A DNA stretch of 63,933 bases, counting the filler, from Welwitschia mirabilis (taxonomy: Eukaryota), in the NCBI GenBank assembly GCA_051453625.1. It is 5 parts of one record of this genome, joined end to end, with 100 filler letters (N's around TTAATTAATTAA, not from the genome) between each part and the next. Parts side by side here need not be neighbours in the genome. Positions count along the whole stretch, not along the records: positions 7,825 to 24,982 come from JBOZIK010000001.1; positions 25,083 to 53,163 come from JBOZIK010000001.1; 3 more parts are not named here. One strand, 5' to 3'. Shown piece by piece: positions 21,400 through 35,271 of this stretch; within the stretch, counting starts at the first letter, position 1, and each line of letters starts with the position of its first letter. The notes below the pieces were generated by a model. The model was given only the letters and a program-made list of their open reading frames with translations, made no database searches and was not told the origin of the DNA. The translations under genes and the position numbers were made by a program.

Positions 21400-24280
21400 T
21401 GAAAATGAAGGGGTGCTTTTCAATGGATTTTGACAGTTCCCTTTGTCTAGTCAATTGGACAGATTGTTTTGCCTTTCCAGAGCCTCTAAAATTTTTCTTT
21501 ATTCTTCTTGAAGAGTAGGATTATTTAAATCTATGACTTTTCCCTTCCTGCTCCAGAGCTACTTTTCTGCCCTGATCTTTGCCTTATGGAGGAGCTCTTA
21601 TCTTGGTTGGTTCTCCTCTTTTTTTCTTGGGGACTAAAGGAGCTTTTATTTTAGGACTTTGTGATGCACATTCTATTTCTAGAGTTACCCCAATTTGTGG
21701 TTCCAATCTTGAGGTTTGTCTTAGAGGAACTATACACATCTCAAATAAATCTTTCTTCTCTAATTTTGAAAAAATATCTGCAAATGTACCTCTTAGCATA
21801 GTCATGTTTTGAACAATTTAATCTCTAAAAGAACATAACTGCTAAAAATCCTGAGAGAATACTGCAAAAAACTTTAACATCTGATTCACATTCTTCCAAA
21901 ATCCTATAAAATTTTGTTGCAGGATCATTTTATAAATTTTTAAGTTCTCTTATGGAAAATTTTATTCCCTTTTGATAATTCCAATTTGCAATACTCTAAT
22001 ATCTCTTTTAAGATTATCAAAAATGTGCATCATCTTTGACCATACTCCAGAAGTTTCTTGAATAATGCTTTATAAATGTTCTTTAAACCTGTCAATAAAA
22101 TTATATAACTTCTAAGGGTAATAGTCAAGCCTGCGCAGTATAACCAATTCCTCTTGCCAGAACCAATTTGCTTACCTAACTTTACTTCCATGAGGCAAAG
22201 CTCATAGAGCAACTTCATGTTCTCCTTCTTCAAATTTTGAATGATGAGTTGGGTAGACTCAGGTCTTATTAATTGAAAATCCTTCTTTATCTGTGCATGA
22301 TATTCTCTGAGATACTTGATCTTATTCTATTTTCATCTCATAAGAGAAAGTTAAAGAAGTTGAAGAGGCATCCTAAATTAAACTCATTTCTCTTCTAGTT
22401 TCCTCCTTTATTTCTGAAGAAAATTCTTTTATTAAAGAATCAAGTGGAGAATGACCAAAAGAGCTTGCTTCTCCCATTTGATTCTTAGTAGCCTTATTTT
22501 CTTATATTAATTGATTCATGACTCTCTTATTTGCTCTCAAGAGTGATTGATAGTATCCAAAGAACTTTGGGCTTCATGCCATTTTTTCTTGTACTCCTAG
22601 GCCTTTGCATTAATTTTCATAAATTTCTCATTCATTCTCTATAAGTTTGCATAAATTTTATTTGAGAATTTCCTGTTTAGGGGTAGGGGCCCTTCATTGT
22701 GCATAAAGGTGATAAATTTTTGTTGATGCTCAATATATTCAGCATCATACTTTTTGCTTGAATTCAAATTCTATAATAGGGATACTAACATATCTAGCCT
22801 TTTTCTTGGAAAATTTTCTATCCCTCCTCTATCTTCGGCAACTAATTCTAGTTCAGTAATGCATTCATAAGCCTTCCTACTTGCTTCTTTAAAAGATTTA
22901 GAGAATTGAATATCTTCTTCTTGGCTAGTGATCTCTCGATGTAGATGTTTATTATTCTATCTTTCTTGATCCAGTTTATATTTTAAGAATTTATTTTCAA
23001 TTTTTAGATTACAAACCTGATCTTGTAATGCTGAACCTTCTTCTTACCTACCTAAACAAATTTAAATTTCATTTTTGACTAGATTCTAATCACTACAAAG
23101 GCTATCCAATTTATCTTTCTCTAATGCTTTGAAGAATTGGTGAGACTAAAATAGATGGGAAGGCAAAAGTTCTTCAAATGTAAACTGGGTTGGGTTTTGT
23201 GGCAAACCTAAGAAGGGTAACAGTGAAGGTAGACTTTGGGGAGAAAAAGAAGATTCCCTTAAGTTCGACTGAGCTATCTTGTGTCATGGAGTTTTCAAGA
23301 GATTTAACTCCTTAAAACCAAATAAACTTTGAATAGAAACCTTGACATAAGACTTATTCGATTGAAATGGGACTTTATTTTTAGTTAAAATTTGGATAAT
23401 TAGAGAAGAAAATCTAAGTCCTACTACTCTCAAAGCTTCAATTCCAACTTTATTTAATTTGGTAATGTGCCTTTCCAACCCCAAAAAAATCCCCTCTACA
23501 ATATTCACATTGGTGCAATTCATATTATCCTTTACCTCTACTATCATATATAGATCAAGCAATGTTATACCCTTTTGTTTGTTAAGAGTGAATACCAAAT
23601 TACTGGTCACGATTCTAGAAATAATGAAGAATTCTAGCTCTGTGTCCTTATTGACTGATATTCTTCTTTGGATTGCCACCCATCCTAGCAGACTCATACT
23701 TAGGTTTGTATCCTTTTTTTCTATTGGTATCGTCTATGGACTTTCTTCCGGGTGGTATGTGTGAAATTTTTTTAATATATTCTTGAGTAATTTCTTTCTG
23801 CTAGTTCCTCATAGCAGTTTCTAGTACAATTTTTAATTCTTAAATTTTTGTAAAATTCATATACAGATTTCAAAGAGAATCTATTATTCGGGGTGAACCA
23901 CTCATATCACCCCATCTTAACAAGTCTTTGTTTAAATTCCATCAAGCAGAGGTCTGAAAGAACTTGAGCAAAATTCAACATTGAAATGATACTGCATTCT
24001 ATAAGATTTTATAACANNNNNNNNNNNNNNNNNNNNNNNNNNNNNNNNNNNNNNNNNNNNNNNNNNNNNNNNNNNNNNNNNNNNNNNNNNNNNNNNNNNN
24101 NNNNNNNNNNNNNNNNNNNNNNNNNNNNNNNNNNNNNNNNNNNNNNNNNNNAATGTACTGAATTCATTCAACTCCTCCCTCCCAGTGAAGATTCGCATAT
24201 TCTTAAATGCTTACAACAGAGTATTAGTTATACCTGAAACTTTTGCTTGAAGATATTTTGTCATTGTTGAGAAGCTTGAA
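21400..24280 (-). mobile_element. Degenerate retroelement extra ORF (putative plant transposon protein / Athila extra-ORF-like domain + coiled coil)
   Basis: IVTSNLVFT..GITLLDLYMI..NVNIVEGIF..VGLRFSSLIIQILTKNKVPF (23284-23697), homologous by eye to 39550-39790; E/K-rich coiled-coil-like sequence follows. Confidence 0.55.
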
Positions 24281-25365
24281 AAAAAGAAAATAACTAAACA
24301 TGACAAAGTAAAAAAAAAGGGTAAAAGTATAAATTAGTGGCCTTTTCCTGATGTAAAAAGGTAAAACTTATACTTACTATTGTATTTAATTCACACAACT
24401 AAGTAATAAATAAGAAATCTTACTATAAATAAGATAGTTGCAACTGGAAATTTTTGTACCTTATTGATGTTAAAAAAATTTGGATGCAGATTTTGCAAGG
24501 TAAAAATTTAAAATTTTTGCTAAGTTTGAGCATACATCATAGCACTAATGTGGTTGACATAACATGGAGTTGACATTGTAATGGGGGTTATCGAGAATGA
24601 ATAGAGATCATCAGGAATGACTTTAAGTGGAATGATGAAGTAATTAAAAGGCATATTTAAGTGGTAGTCACTCTCAGCAGCATTGGATTCAACAAGGATC
24701 ATCAAGAACTTATAATTTCTCAATGTGGGGGATATTGAATCTATTATTTAGGTAATTAAAGAAATCCAAAGATGGTTATCAAGGATTGATAAGCTCTTGA
24801 CAATGTCCTTTAAATCCCTACTATCATCATAATAAAGGTAGATGTAAGAAAAAAATATAGAATATCATATTGGAGCTATAGAGAGAAGTTGGGGAGAGTC
24901 ATTAAGAATGATACCTTTCTCTCTAAAAGACAAGTTCAAAGGATTAAAGTTAGCTTGAAATCTAGTCTAAAGCTTTGGCTATNNNNNNNNNNNNNNNNNN
25001 NNNNNNNNNNNNNNNNNNNNNNNNNNTTAATTAATTAANNNNNNNNNNNNNNNNNNNNNNNNNNNNNNNNNNNNNNNNNNNNATCTTTTCTGTCACCTGC
25101 ATTACAGATAGGATGACAATATATTATTTTTTAATCTTTTTTTCTATTGTTTGTTGTTTACAAGATGTTGTAAGATGGTCAATCTTAAAAATAGATATCA
25201 GAGAGAAAGGCCACTGATAGAGAAAAACATTAAAAAGGACTGATGGACATAGAATACAAATTGGAAAAGTAATCTATAGGTGCACTTAATCTTCCTTCTA
25301 AATTTATTTTTTATAAATTCAATTTTCTTAATGAAAAACCTTGAGAAGAAGAGAAACAATTTGCA

Positions 25366-27400
25366 ATGTCGAGTGCTTCCCATAAGTAAAAATAAATTGT
25401 AGGATTTTCTACCCGTAATGCAAACCTTACCCTTAGAGAATTATTAGTCAACAAGAAAAGAGAGATTAAAAGACCTTTTCACCTACCCCCAAGAGATGAT
25501 GTTGAACTTAAAAACCTAAATTTCTATTTATCTTTTAATGAAGAAAATGATGAGAATACTCTTCAACACATTGCAAACATTAAATAGTTAATCCCTACAT
25601 TGGGTAATGGGAATAAAAAAATTAGTGATAGAACATACATGGTAATATTTCCCATAACATTAAGAGGTAGAGTAAAAATTTGGCTCAAAACTATTCCCCA
25701 CAAAAGCTAAAAATATGGGATCAAGTCCAAGAAATCTTTATAAAGAGATTTATGAGTAAAGAAACTATGAGAAAAATAAAAAAAGAAGTGATAAACTTTT
25801 AACAAAAATTAAATGAAGACTATGCCTTCACATATGAGCATTTCTTTATAGCCTATTATTCTAATCCAGTACATGCTTTTTGACTAATAGAACTAATAGA
25901 CTACCTTTATAGTCGACTAACTCCACACATAAAACAACTTGTATATTTTTCTTGTAGAGGAAACCTTATGAATCTTACATTAGATGATGCATGGACAAAA
26001 TTAAAAGAACTTGTGGAGATCAATCAAACTTGGTTAACTCCTAAAGAAAATCCAACTGTAGGCCAACTAATCAAAGACTTAAAAAAGATTAAATAGCAAA
26101 AAGAGATAGAATCTAGTCCTACAAATTCTATGAGATATTTTGTAACAATCTTGGAGAATTATGTAGAAATGATTTTAGATTACAAATCCACAACAGAAAG
26201 AAATGTTGTGAAAACTTGTGATTTATGTGAGGATAATTATCATGTCACCAAAAACTACCCTCTTTTGCCAACATACAAAGAAAGAATACATGAAGAAGTT
26301 TGTGCTCTTAAAGAACTATCTCTAAACTTTAGAAATAAAAATTAGGCACAACCTAGGTTAAGAACGTATTTCCAAAATAATTCTCAACCTTTTAAAAACT
26401 AATTTGAAAATGTAAAATCTTAACTAGGATCATCAAAATTTCAATATCCAAATGATCAACTCATAAACCTTACAAAGGAACTTAGAAAAACAAATGTCAA
26501 CATGAAAAACATGGTAAACATCTTTTAACTCATAATGCTAGTAAACCAAAGAACTTAATGAATATTAGTTATACAACCTTTACTAAACCCAAATAAACTA
26601 AGAAAAGATTGTAAGGTTGTGAAAAGAAGGGGACAAGAAACAAACCTTCCTCCAAATAAATCTTTCACCTCCCAAAATGATTTTAGAAATGAGGAAAAAG
26701 AAGAGGAAGAGGACATTAAAATATTAGAAGATTATAACTTCCCTTCTCTTAAAAAAAAGAAAAAGAAAAATCCCTCTTAATAAACCACCCTTTGGCTTAA
26801 TAGAATTAACAATACATTAACATTTAATGAACATCTAAAAGAAAAATGTGAGCATAAAATTACACTTCTAGAAACTTTTACAATAAAATTCGGGGTACTT
26901 AAAACTTTGAAAATACTTAATAAGAAGGGAAAAAAAAAAGTCATTCCTAGCAAAGTCTTTCTATCCCAATCCCTCACAAATTTAGTATTACAAAAATCAC
27001 NNNNNNNNNNGTAGCTATAGTGAATGTTACTTTAGAGAGAAATAAAAATATTAGAAAAATCTTTAATAGACACTGGAGTGAGTATTAACATTATGCTACT
27101 TCACATTTGTAGGATAGAATAGAGCCTACTTTGGTTGTCTTAGAATTAATAGATACTTTAGTTAAGAAACCATTATGCGTTATTAAAGATTTGGTAATAC
27201 AAATTTAAGAGGATTGCTATTCAATAGATGTAACTATCATAGAAGTTGAGCATAATAGAGGATATCCTTACTTTTAGGATGAGGCTTTTGTGCAACATCC
27301 CAATGCATCATTGATACAAGGGTAGGAATTATATAATTTCACTTTGGAAATAGAATGTTTTCAATTAGAGTTTTTGATGTAGCAGAGAAAGATTTAGGTG
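25366..27400 (+). mobile_element. Athila-like gag + aspartic protease (degenerate) with no RT/RH/INT downstream
   Basis: Gag: IFPITLRGRVKIWL..WDQVQEIFIKRF..GNLMNLTLDDAW..LVEINQTW and CDLCEDNYH. Protease LIDTGVSINIM at ~27063. Followed by non-coding sequence, PPT and LTR. Confidence 0.8.
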
Positions 27401-29841
27401 ATGATGAAATGGACATTAAAAGCAATATCAAACCAACTTTATTCCTACAACATCATCCACTTAAAAAAGAGAGATGAAATTAAATGAGCATGTACTTTGT
27501 GATAACCAACTTAAGAGTGAAGAAGAAATACAACCTTTAGAGTGTAAGAAAGTTCAAATTTTCAAGAAAGATTATGAGAGAGATTGTCCATTACATAAGT
27601 CAAAAATTGAAAATCATAACTTTAATTTGAATGAAAATGTTTTTAGTGAACTTGAATATAATTTTTCTTGTGATGCTTAAAATAAAACTCTTGCATTCAA
27701 TGAAAATTTTTTATCAGAGTTACCATTTCTCTCTCCTTTGACTTCTAAAATTTATGCTTTAATGTGGTATCATAAAGTTCTCTCCATTACTCCTCTTTTC
27801 ATTTAATTAATTTTATTTGAAAATAATTATACACATTTTATGCTTTATCAATTAGTAAATTTTTGGTTTGGACCTTATTTATCTAAAAATATTGAGACCA
27901 AAACTGATCCCTATTTTTCCCTTCTTTCTTTTCAATAAAAGTGTGATTTACATTTAGGAATTGAATAAAATTTTGCTTGTCTTAAAATTTTCTTTCAGCT
28001 TTCTATTTGATAGTCTTTATTTTTATTTTTCCACTTCTAGTTTTTATTTTTGTTTATAGTTTTTGTTTTTTATTTTTGAAATAATGTTGTCTCCTTTTTT
28101 GTCCTCACAACAGAGAGAAAGATAGTTAGTTTTATTAGTTTTCTAGATTTCTGATAATTTTCTGTGTTTTCTAATAAATTTTTTGTTTTTCTTCATGTAT
28201 CATCTGGATGACGAGCAAGATGACATTTAATGAAATAATCATTTTTATTTTCTGTTATTTTGAGAGAATACATTTTTATGGCTTTGTTGAGATTTCTGAT
28301 GTGACTGCTTGAGAATTTAGGAAGTAAATGGGCAAAAATTGGAATTTCACAAGTAAACCTTCTAAATTTTCTCTTACCATTTTTCTTTAAAGGTTATTAT
28401 GGCATTACTTGATCATTTTTCAAAATTGACTTATATATTTATCTTCATGACTAGTATTTTGACTTGGGCATTTTAATAGTAAAATTGGCTTCACCCAGTC
28501 TTAGGACATTCTTATGTCCATGAACTTTAAATTGAAGGAAGATGCTTATTTCTCCTTAATGGTGAAAAGGTCTTATATTGTTTAAGAGTGTTCTTTTCTA
28601 TCTTTACCTTACGACTTTCACCTTTGTCCTTTAGAATGATTGGTAATGTGAAATGTCCTTAGTGTTTGTTTTCAAAAAATAAAAAAGAGAATGAAATAAG
28701 GCCATGATTTTTTATTTGTGATATTTCAAAAATATGGTCACCATGATGTCCTACTGCAAGTACACTAGGGTAAATATTTTTGAAAGGAGTCTTTGGAAGT
28801 GTAACGTGATAGCTGTGGAAACTCCATTGGGAGGTCAGTTAACTAAGCTTCACAAGTTCTTACTTCTTGGACTATGGTTGCACTCCCCTCATCATGGATA
28901 ATAAAGTTGTATTTAAATTTGAGGCTATGGAACCAGTGGTGTTCTTGATGTCATAAGAGGCATTGCTTATTTCCTAGACTCTTAGTCTATTTCACATGCT
29001 CTTTTCATTTCTTGAGATTTAGTTATTTGTTTTGAGATGATGGTAGGTAAGTTCATTTTTGAGTAATTCTTTAGTTTGATCATTCATTTTATTTTAAGCA
29101 TCATCATAACCAATGCCTCATTGAATGGAATTTTTCATACATTAAATCATGCATTTTTCACATCATGTAATGTTATGATTTCTTTTATGAGAGTTTACTA
29201 GGTTAAAATATTAGATAGGTGAGCTATCTTTTATTTTTGTAATCTTATGCCCATTTTTTTTCCTTTTGTAGTTTAGTTAGTTATTTTAAAGTCATTACTG
29301 TATTTTCTTATTCTCATAATTTTCTATTTGGCTTTGTAATAAAAGCATATTTCTTACTTAGTTGAGTTTTCTTAATAAATTTTATTTTTGGTATTGTAAG
29401 GGCTTTTCTTAATTATTTTTATGATAAAACATTTTTTTTACTTGTTATAATATTTCATAGATTTATATTTTACAAATCTGACATCACTCAACTTTACACT
29501 TTATTTAGAAAGTTATCCTCTTTTACATGCCTTCTCACTCCTATCTACTTTCCTTATTTTAATTTTCCAATATGGGATGTATTTATTTTTATTTGGGGGA
29601 GCAGAGACCAATTTTTATTGCTCATTTTCAAAAATTTTAAACTTAATTTAGATCTTTTATAAAATAAAGTTTTCAAAATTTTTATACACATTATGCATTA
29701 CTTATTAGTTATCCATGTGATGTGTTTTATAAGCCTATTTTATAATTTTTATATTTACTTTTTGATAAACAAATTATCTTGAAATTATGATTTTTCACTT
29801 GGTTTTTATCAGGAACTAACAAAGGCTAAGTGGAAGGGCTA

Positions 29842-30883
29842 TATTGCTACAAATTTATGATTATTTAATGGGGTTTTATGAGTTTATTTTATAGAACTTT
29901 TGCATAAGTTTACATGAAATTCTGAGGATTTTGGAGATACACTAGAAAATCTTAGAAATACACATTTCTTACCTAGATTTGATGTGTTAAAGGCATATTC
30001 TAATGCACAAAGCTTTAGAGAAGGGTTACTGACAAAAATGCTAAGTTTATTATCAAGAAAATAATCAAAGAAGATGGTCATCCCCTCTATCGTCCTCATG
30101 ATGGATAGGATGATTACACTGCTAGTTATTAATGTGGATTAACAAATCATTGCTAAGTCACCTTTTGTAATGAACTGTCATCCCCCGTGTTGTCCTTTAA
30201 TAGTGACCCTTAACCATTTCATCCATTTCATTTATGTAAAAGAGTGCATCTTGCCATGCCTTCTGTTTGTCTTTTTCTACTATGCGTTGTTATAAATAAG
30301 TTCCACTTTAACTCTTCTTCTTATCTTTATTGCACCAAAAATTCTCATGATAGGAGATCATATGATAGAAGATCCATCTCGAGTATTGCAGAAAGATGTT
30401 CCTTTGGTGGAGGGTTGTGTATCCTCCATTAAATCTTAGCTATTTCATAACCCCAATACTTGTTACTTCTTAATACAAAAACCTTATTTGTTTTTATATT
30501 TTCATGTTAGATTCTTAGATTACCCTTATAGTTTATGATTGCCCTTTATCTAGTGACAGATTCTTGGGTGATATAGATCATCAAGGGTAGCCTTTGTTCA
30601 GGTTGAAAATAAGTAATATTAGTTCCATTTTGCATTTCATCTAGATTAGTTGCATCTTGCATTTTCCATTGTAATTTATTTCCTTCCATTTATCTCTTAT
30701 TTTTTATCCCTATTATTCTTTTGCAAGGTAGTGTGAGTCTCATCCCATAGTCTTCAATGTGAATATGACATTTAGGGTCTACTTTCACTCATACTAATAT
30801 GATGTATTGTGTGAGATATTTATTTATTTTATGAATGACAGAATACTTTTGACCTTAAGAACTTACACAAATACACCACAATA
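29842..30883 (+). mobile_element. 3' LTR (~1.04 kb) of the gag-protease element
   Basis: Preceded by PPT-like GGCTAAGTGGAAGGGCT. Ends ACACAAATACACCACAATA, matching the reverse complement of the termini at 6545 and 52853. Confidence 0.7.
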
Positions 30884-33800
30884 ACTTTTAAGACTTGGAA
30901 CTATGTAAAGTTATATTTTTGAATAGATATCAACCTGTATGAATCATTGAAGACTTGAGAGATTAAATTTTAAATATTGAATAGAAAGAACATGAGAAAT
31001 TTGATGAATTTATGGATAGATATTAGATTTTACTAGCAAGATGTCCAAACCATGGAATAACTCTTAGGGAACAAATGAGAGCCATTTTAAAAGGTCAATG
31101 AAGTGATTCTTTGAAAATGCTAGATATTCTTCATGGAAGCAACATCAAGAATGGTAGGACCTAAGAGATTAAAACCAATATAGGCAAATTTCATAAAATG
31201 AGTTAGGGATGATCTCAAAATGAAGAAAAAAGCAAGAGAAAGGTTAATGAAGTTATGATAGAAAAAAAAATAGAGACTAACATGCAAGTATATTAAAAGA
31301 AAATAATAAATGAATAGAAGCTCTAATAGGTGAAATTAATAGATTAAAATAAGAAGAAGAAGTGGAAACTTATGAAAAATTTAATGAAGAAAATTATCAT
31401 CCTACAAAATATTTGTGAATGGTAGGTTTTGTGGAATGGTTAAATATTAATAGAATCGATTATACTCATAATAATGATTCTTAGATCAAGAAGAAGCCAT
31501 ATACTCACTAGAACAGGAAATAAAAATATAAGGAAAAAAAACTCCAATGAAAAAATTTATGTGATCAAGGAGATATGATTATTTTAGAAATTGGAGAAAT
31601 AGAGAAGGATAATTTAGTCACCATCAATAATTATATTTGAAAAAAAGCTTAAAAACTTTCTATATCTACTCAATCCTAACCAAATCCAAGAGAAGCTGGT
31701 TGTAAATCTATTACAATTAGATTAGGTTGAAGCCATCTTTTACCTTCCAGAAAAGAGAAGAAAACTAAGGAGAATGAAAGCATGGTTGAATAAATTCAAC
31801 AAAAGGATAAATAGATGATCTTTTATCATTTATAATGAGGAGTAAGATAACATGAAATGTTTTAAAGAAAGATGAAAAGGATGTGGAATACCTTATCAGA
31901 GCTCTAGAAGATACCTCAATTACCTTATCCTTAGTATAAATGTTAAAAGACATTTCCTTATACTACAAGCAAATGAAAAAGTTATATAGTAAAGAGGGGA
32001 GAAAGAAAAAGAAAGAGAAAAATAATGATAAATAATTAATGAAAAAATCAACAAAAGGATCTTAGGTATCTTAGGCCTCTGCTCAAATCTCTGTAAGAAA
32101 ATCAAATTGAGAAGTATAGTGATCTTGAAATACCAGTAGTAGATATAATTGTTGAAAGTGCTTGTAAAAGATAAGCTTTGATGGATTTGAGGACGTGTAT
32201 TAATCTCATTTCTTATGACATATTTGAATAATTTGAAAGTCCTCAGTTAACTCCATATAATGGATAAGTTTACATAATAGATGATTCTATAGTAAAGCTA
32301 GAGGGAATAATGGAGAACACTTCAATAGAACTACAAGGGTTTGGATATATAGTGGATTGGATGGTTATAAAGATAAAAGGGAATAATCATCCTATCTCCT
32401 AGGAATATCTTGGATGGCAATAGCTAATGCAACTATTTATTCTGAAAAGGAAGTAATGGAGATTAGTCTAAGAGACCTAGTACAGTAAATAAAAATATCT
32501 GATTAGGTAAAAATTGAACATTTCTCTATTAACAAAGGGTATAATGCTATCATGATCCTTAGGAAAGAATCTCAACAATTATTAAAAGAATAAGAGATTG
32601 AAATAAGAGACTATTCCTTAACTTTTAAACTAGCAGAAAAGGAAGGATAACTAGAGAAACCTCCTCTTAAAGAAGGTTTGAAATACATAGAAATACAGAA
32701 AAATAGACTTTTAATTATTAATAAAAATTAAAAAAATTCTTAAAAGAGAAAATTAAAAAGGATGTTCACAAAATAAACTAATGATTTTTCTTAGGCTTAT
32801 GAAGACACTATTGGAGTAAACCCTGCAATCTATTAGGATAAAATTTATTTGGATACCATAGTAAAGCCTGTGAGGTAACCAAAAAGGAGATGCAATCCTC
32901 ATATGCAAGATGTAATCAAAAAGGAAATTTTAAGGCTATTAAAATTAGGATTTATCTACCTTATTTATAATTTAGAATGGATAAGTTCTATGATAATAGT
33001 TCCTAATAAGAATAATAAATGGAGAGTATACATAGATTTTAAGCTACTAAATAGTGCTATGTATAAGGATCATTTTCCTTTACACTTTGTGGATCAATTT
33101 TTAGAAAGAATTTTTGGTTATAAATACTATAGTTTCTTGGATGGATACAATGAATGCAATTAAATTCCAATAACTCTTAAAGACCAAGCTAAAACTGCTT
33201 TTGCTTACAAATGGGATACTTATGTCTTTAAAGTTTTAGCTTTTGGTTTATGTAATGCACCAGCCACTTTTTAGAGGATAATGAATAGTATTTTCCAAGA
33301 CATGATAATAATGTTAGTTGAGATTCCATGGATGACTTCTCAAATTTTGGAAATGACTTTGAGGAAGCTTTGAAAATATTGAAAGATATACTAACTTGGT
33401 ATGAAGAAATGAACTTGAAATTAATCTAGTGTAAAAGTCATCTCGTAGTGGTTTAAGAGATTGTTTTAGGCCATAGGATATTAGTAAGAGAGATTAAAAC
33501 TAATGAGAAAAGAATTAATGCCATCAAAGAAATTCCTCCACTAACTAACTTGAGAGAACTAAGATTAATTTTGGGTCATGTGGGGTATTATAGAAGATTC
33601 ATTACTAATTTAAGTAAAATTACTAAACCATTAAGTAATCTCCTACAAAAATATGTACTCTGTAAATGGATCCAAAAATGCTAAAAAGCTTTTCAAATTC
33701 TTATAGATAAGTTAGTTGAGACCCATATTTTATAAAATCTAGATTGGGACAAAACCTTCCACATTATGACTGATGCTTTATAATATATTGTTAGTGCTAT

Positions 33801-35271
33801 TTTAGGATAGAAAGATGATGATTGTAAACCATATGCTATTTCTTACATAAGTAAAAATCTTACTTCTGCATAATAAAACTACACACTTAGAAAAAATAGA
33901 TGCTAGTCATAGATAAATTTAGGAATTATATCTTGGGTTATGAGGTTAAAATTTACATAGATCATAGTGCTATATGGTTTTTAATGAATAAGAAGGAATA
34001 AAATTCTTTAATCATAAGATCGATATTTTTAATGAAGGAATTTAATCTAAAGATAATAGATAAAAAGAGAATAGAGGACATGATGGCTGATGATCTATCT
34101 AGATTAGAATTCCTTGAATAGGATAAACAAATGGATACCTAAAATAGTTTTTCTAATGAACTTCTAGCAATTTTGCAATAGACTCCTTAGTTTGCAAATA
34201 TTTCTAACTTCTTTGTGTGTAAGAAGATAACTTCTTACTTAAACTATTATGAGAAAAAGAGGTTGTTAAGAGAAGTAAAAGATTGTATATGGAAGAATAA
34301 AATCCTCTTCAGATTTTGTAAGGATGGTGTTATTAGAAGATGTGTTGAAGAGCTTGATCAGAGGGAGCTTTTGCAAACTTTTCATGTACAGGAAGGAGGA
34401 GATCATAATAAAGGAAAAAGAATGTTTATAAAAATTATAAATGTGAGATATTATTTTTCTTCTCTATTCAAGAACTCTTTCAATTATACTAAAGGGTATG
34501 ACAAGTGTCAAAGAGAGGAAGAATAATCAAAGGTTATGTAAATGATCCAAAAATGGATTTAAGCTTTGGAACCTTTTGATGTTTGGGGGATATATTTCAT
34601 TCATCCCATTAATCCAAAATCCTATGTAAAAGAATACATTCTAACATGTGTGGATTACTTGACTAAATGGGCTAGAGAAGAGGCTGTTCCTAACTATTGC
34701 ACTATAACCATAATTAAATTCTTATCTAGGAATATTTTTCACCAGTTTAACATGCTTAGGAGTATTATATTAGATAGAGGGACTCATTTCAATAGTCAAA
34801 CTTTGAAAAATTTTTGTCTAAGTATGGAGTCCATTATAAACTCTCTTCTACTCATCCCCAATCCCACAGTTAGGTTGAGCTCATAAATAGGGAATTAAAC
34901 TAGATTCTGACTAAAACAGTAAACACCAAAAGAACAAACTAAGCACATAAACTTACTGAAGCTTTATAGGCCTATAGGATAATTTAAAAAAATAGTATAA
35001 GTTTCACACCCTATACGCTAGTCTATGGTAGAAAAAACTTTGCCTATTGAATTAAGATTAACATCTTATAAATTTACTAAATAATTATATCACAATTTGA
35101 ATAAAGCTTAAAAATAATGGATCTAGAACATGAATAAATTAGATGAATATATAAGAGAACCTTAATAATAATGAATTAATCCAAAAACAGGTAAAAGAGT
35201 GGCATGACTATAATGTTTGAAAAACTAATTTCAAAATTAGAGATAATGTTTTAGTTTTAAATTCCCCCTCT
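30884..35271 (+). mobile_element. Degenerate Athila-like Ty3/Gypsy gag-pol (gag, PR, RT, RH, INT)
   Basis: Gag KTWN..FLNRYQP..CPNHG; PR ALMDL..CINLI (~32175); RT KKEILRLL..WRVYIDFK.LN..KDHFPL..FLDGY..FGLCNAPATF..MDDF (32900-33340); RH MTDA (~33767); INT EPFDVWGI..VDYLTKW..DRGTHF. Riddled with stops. Confidence 0.92.
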
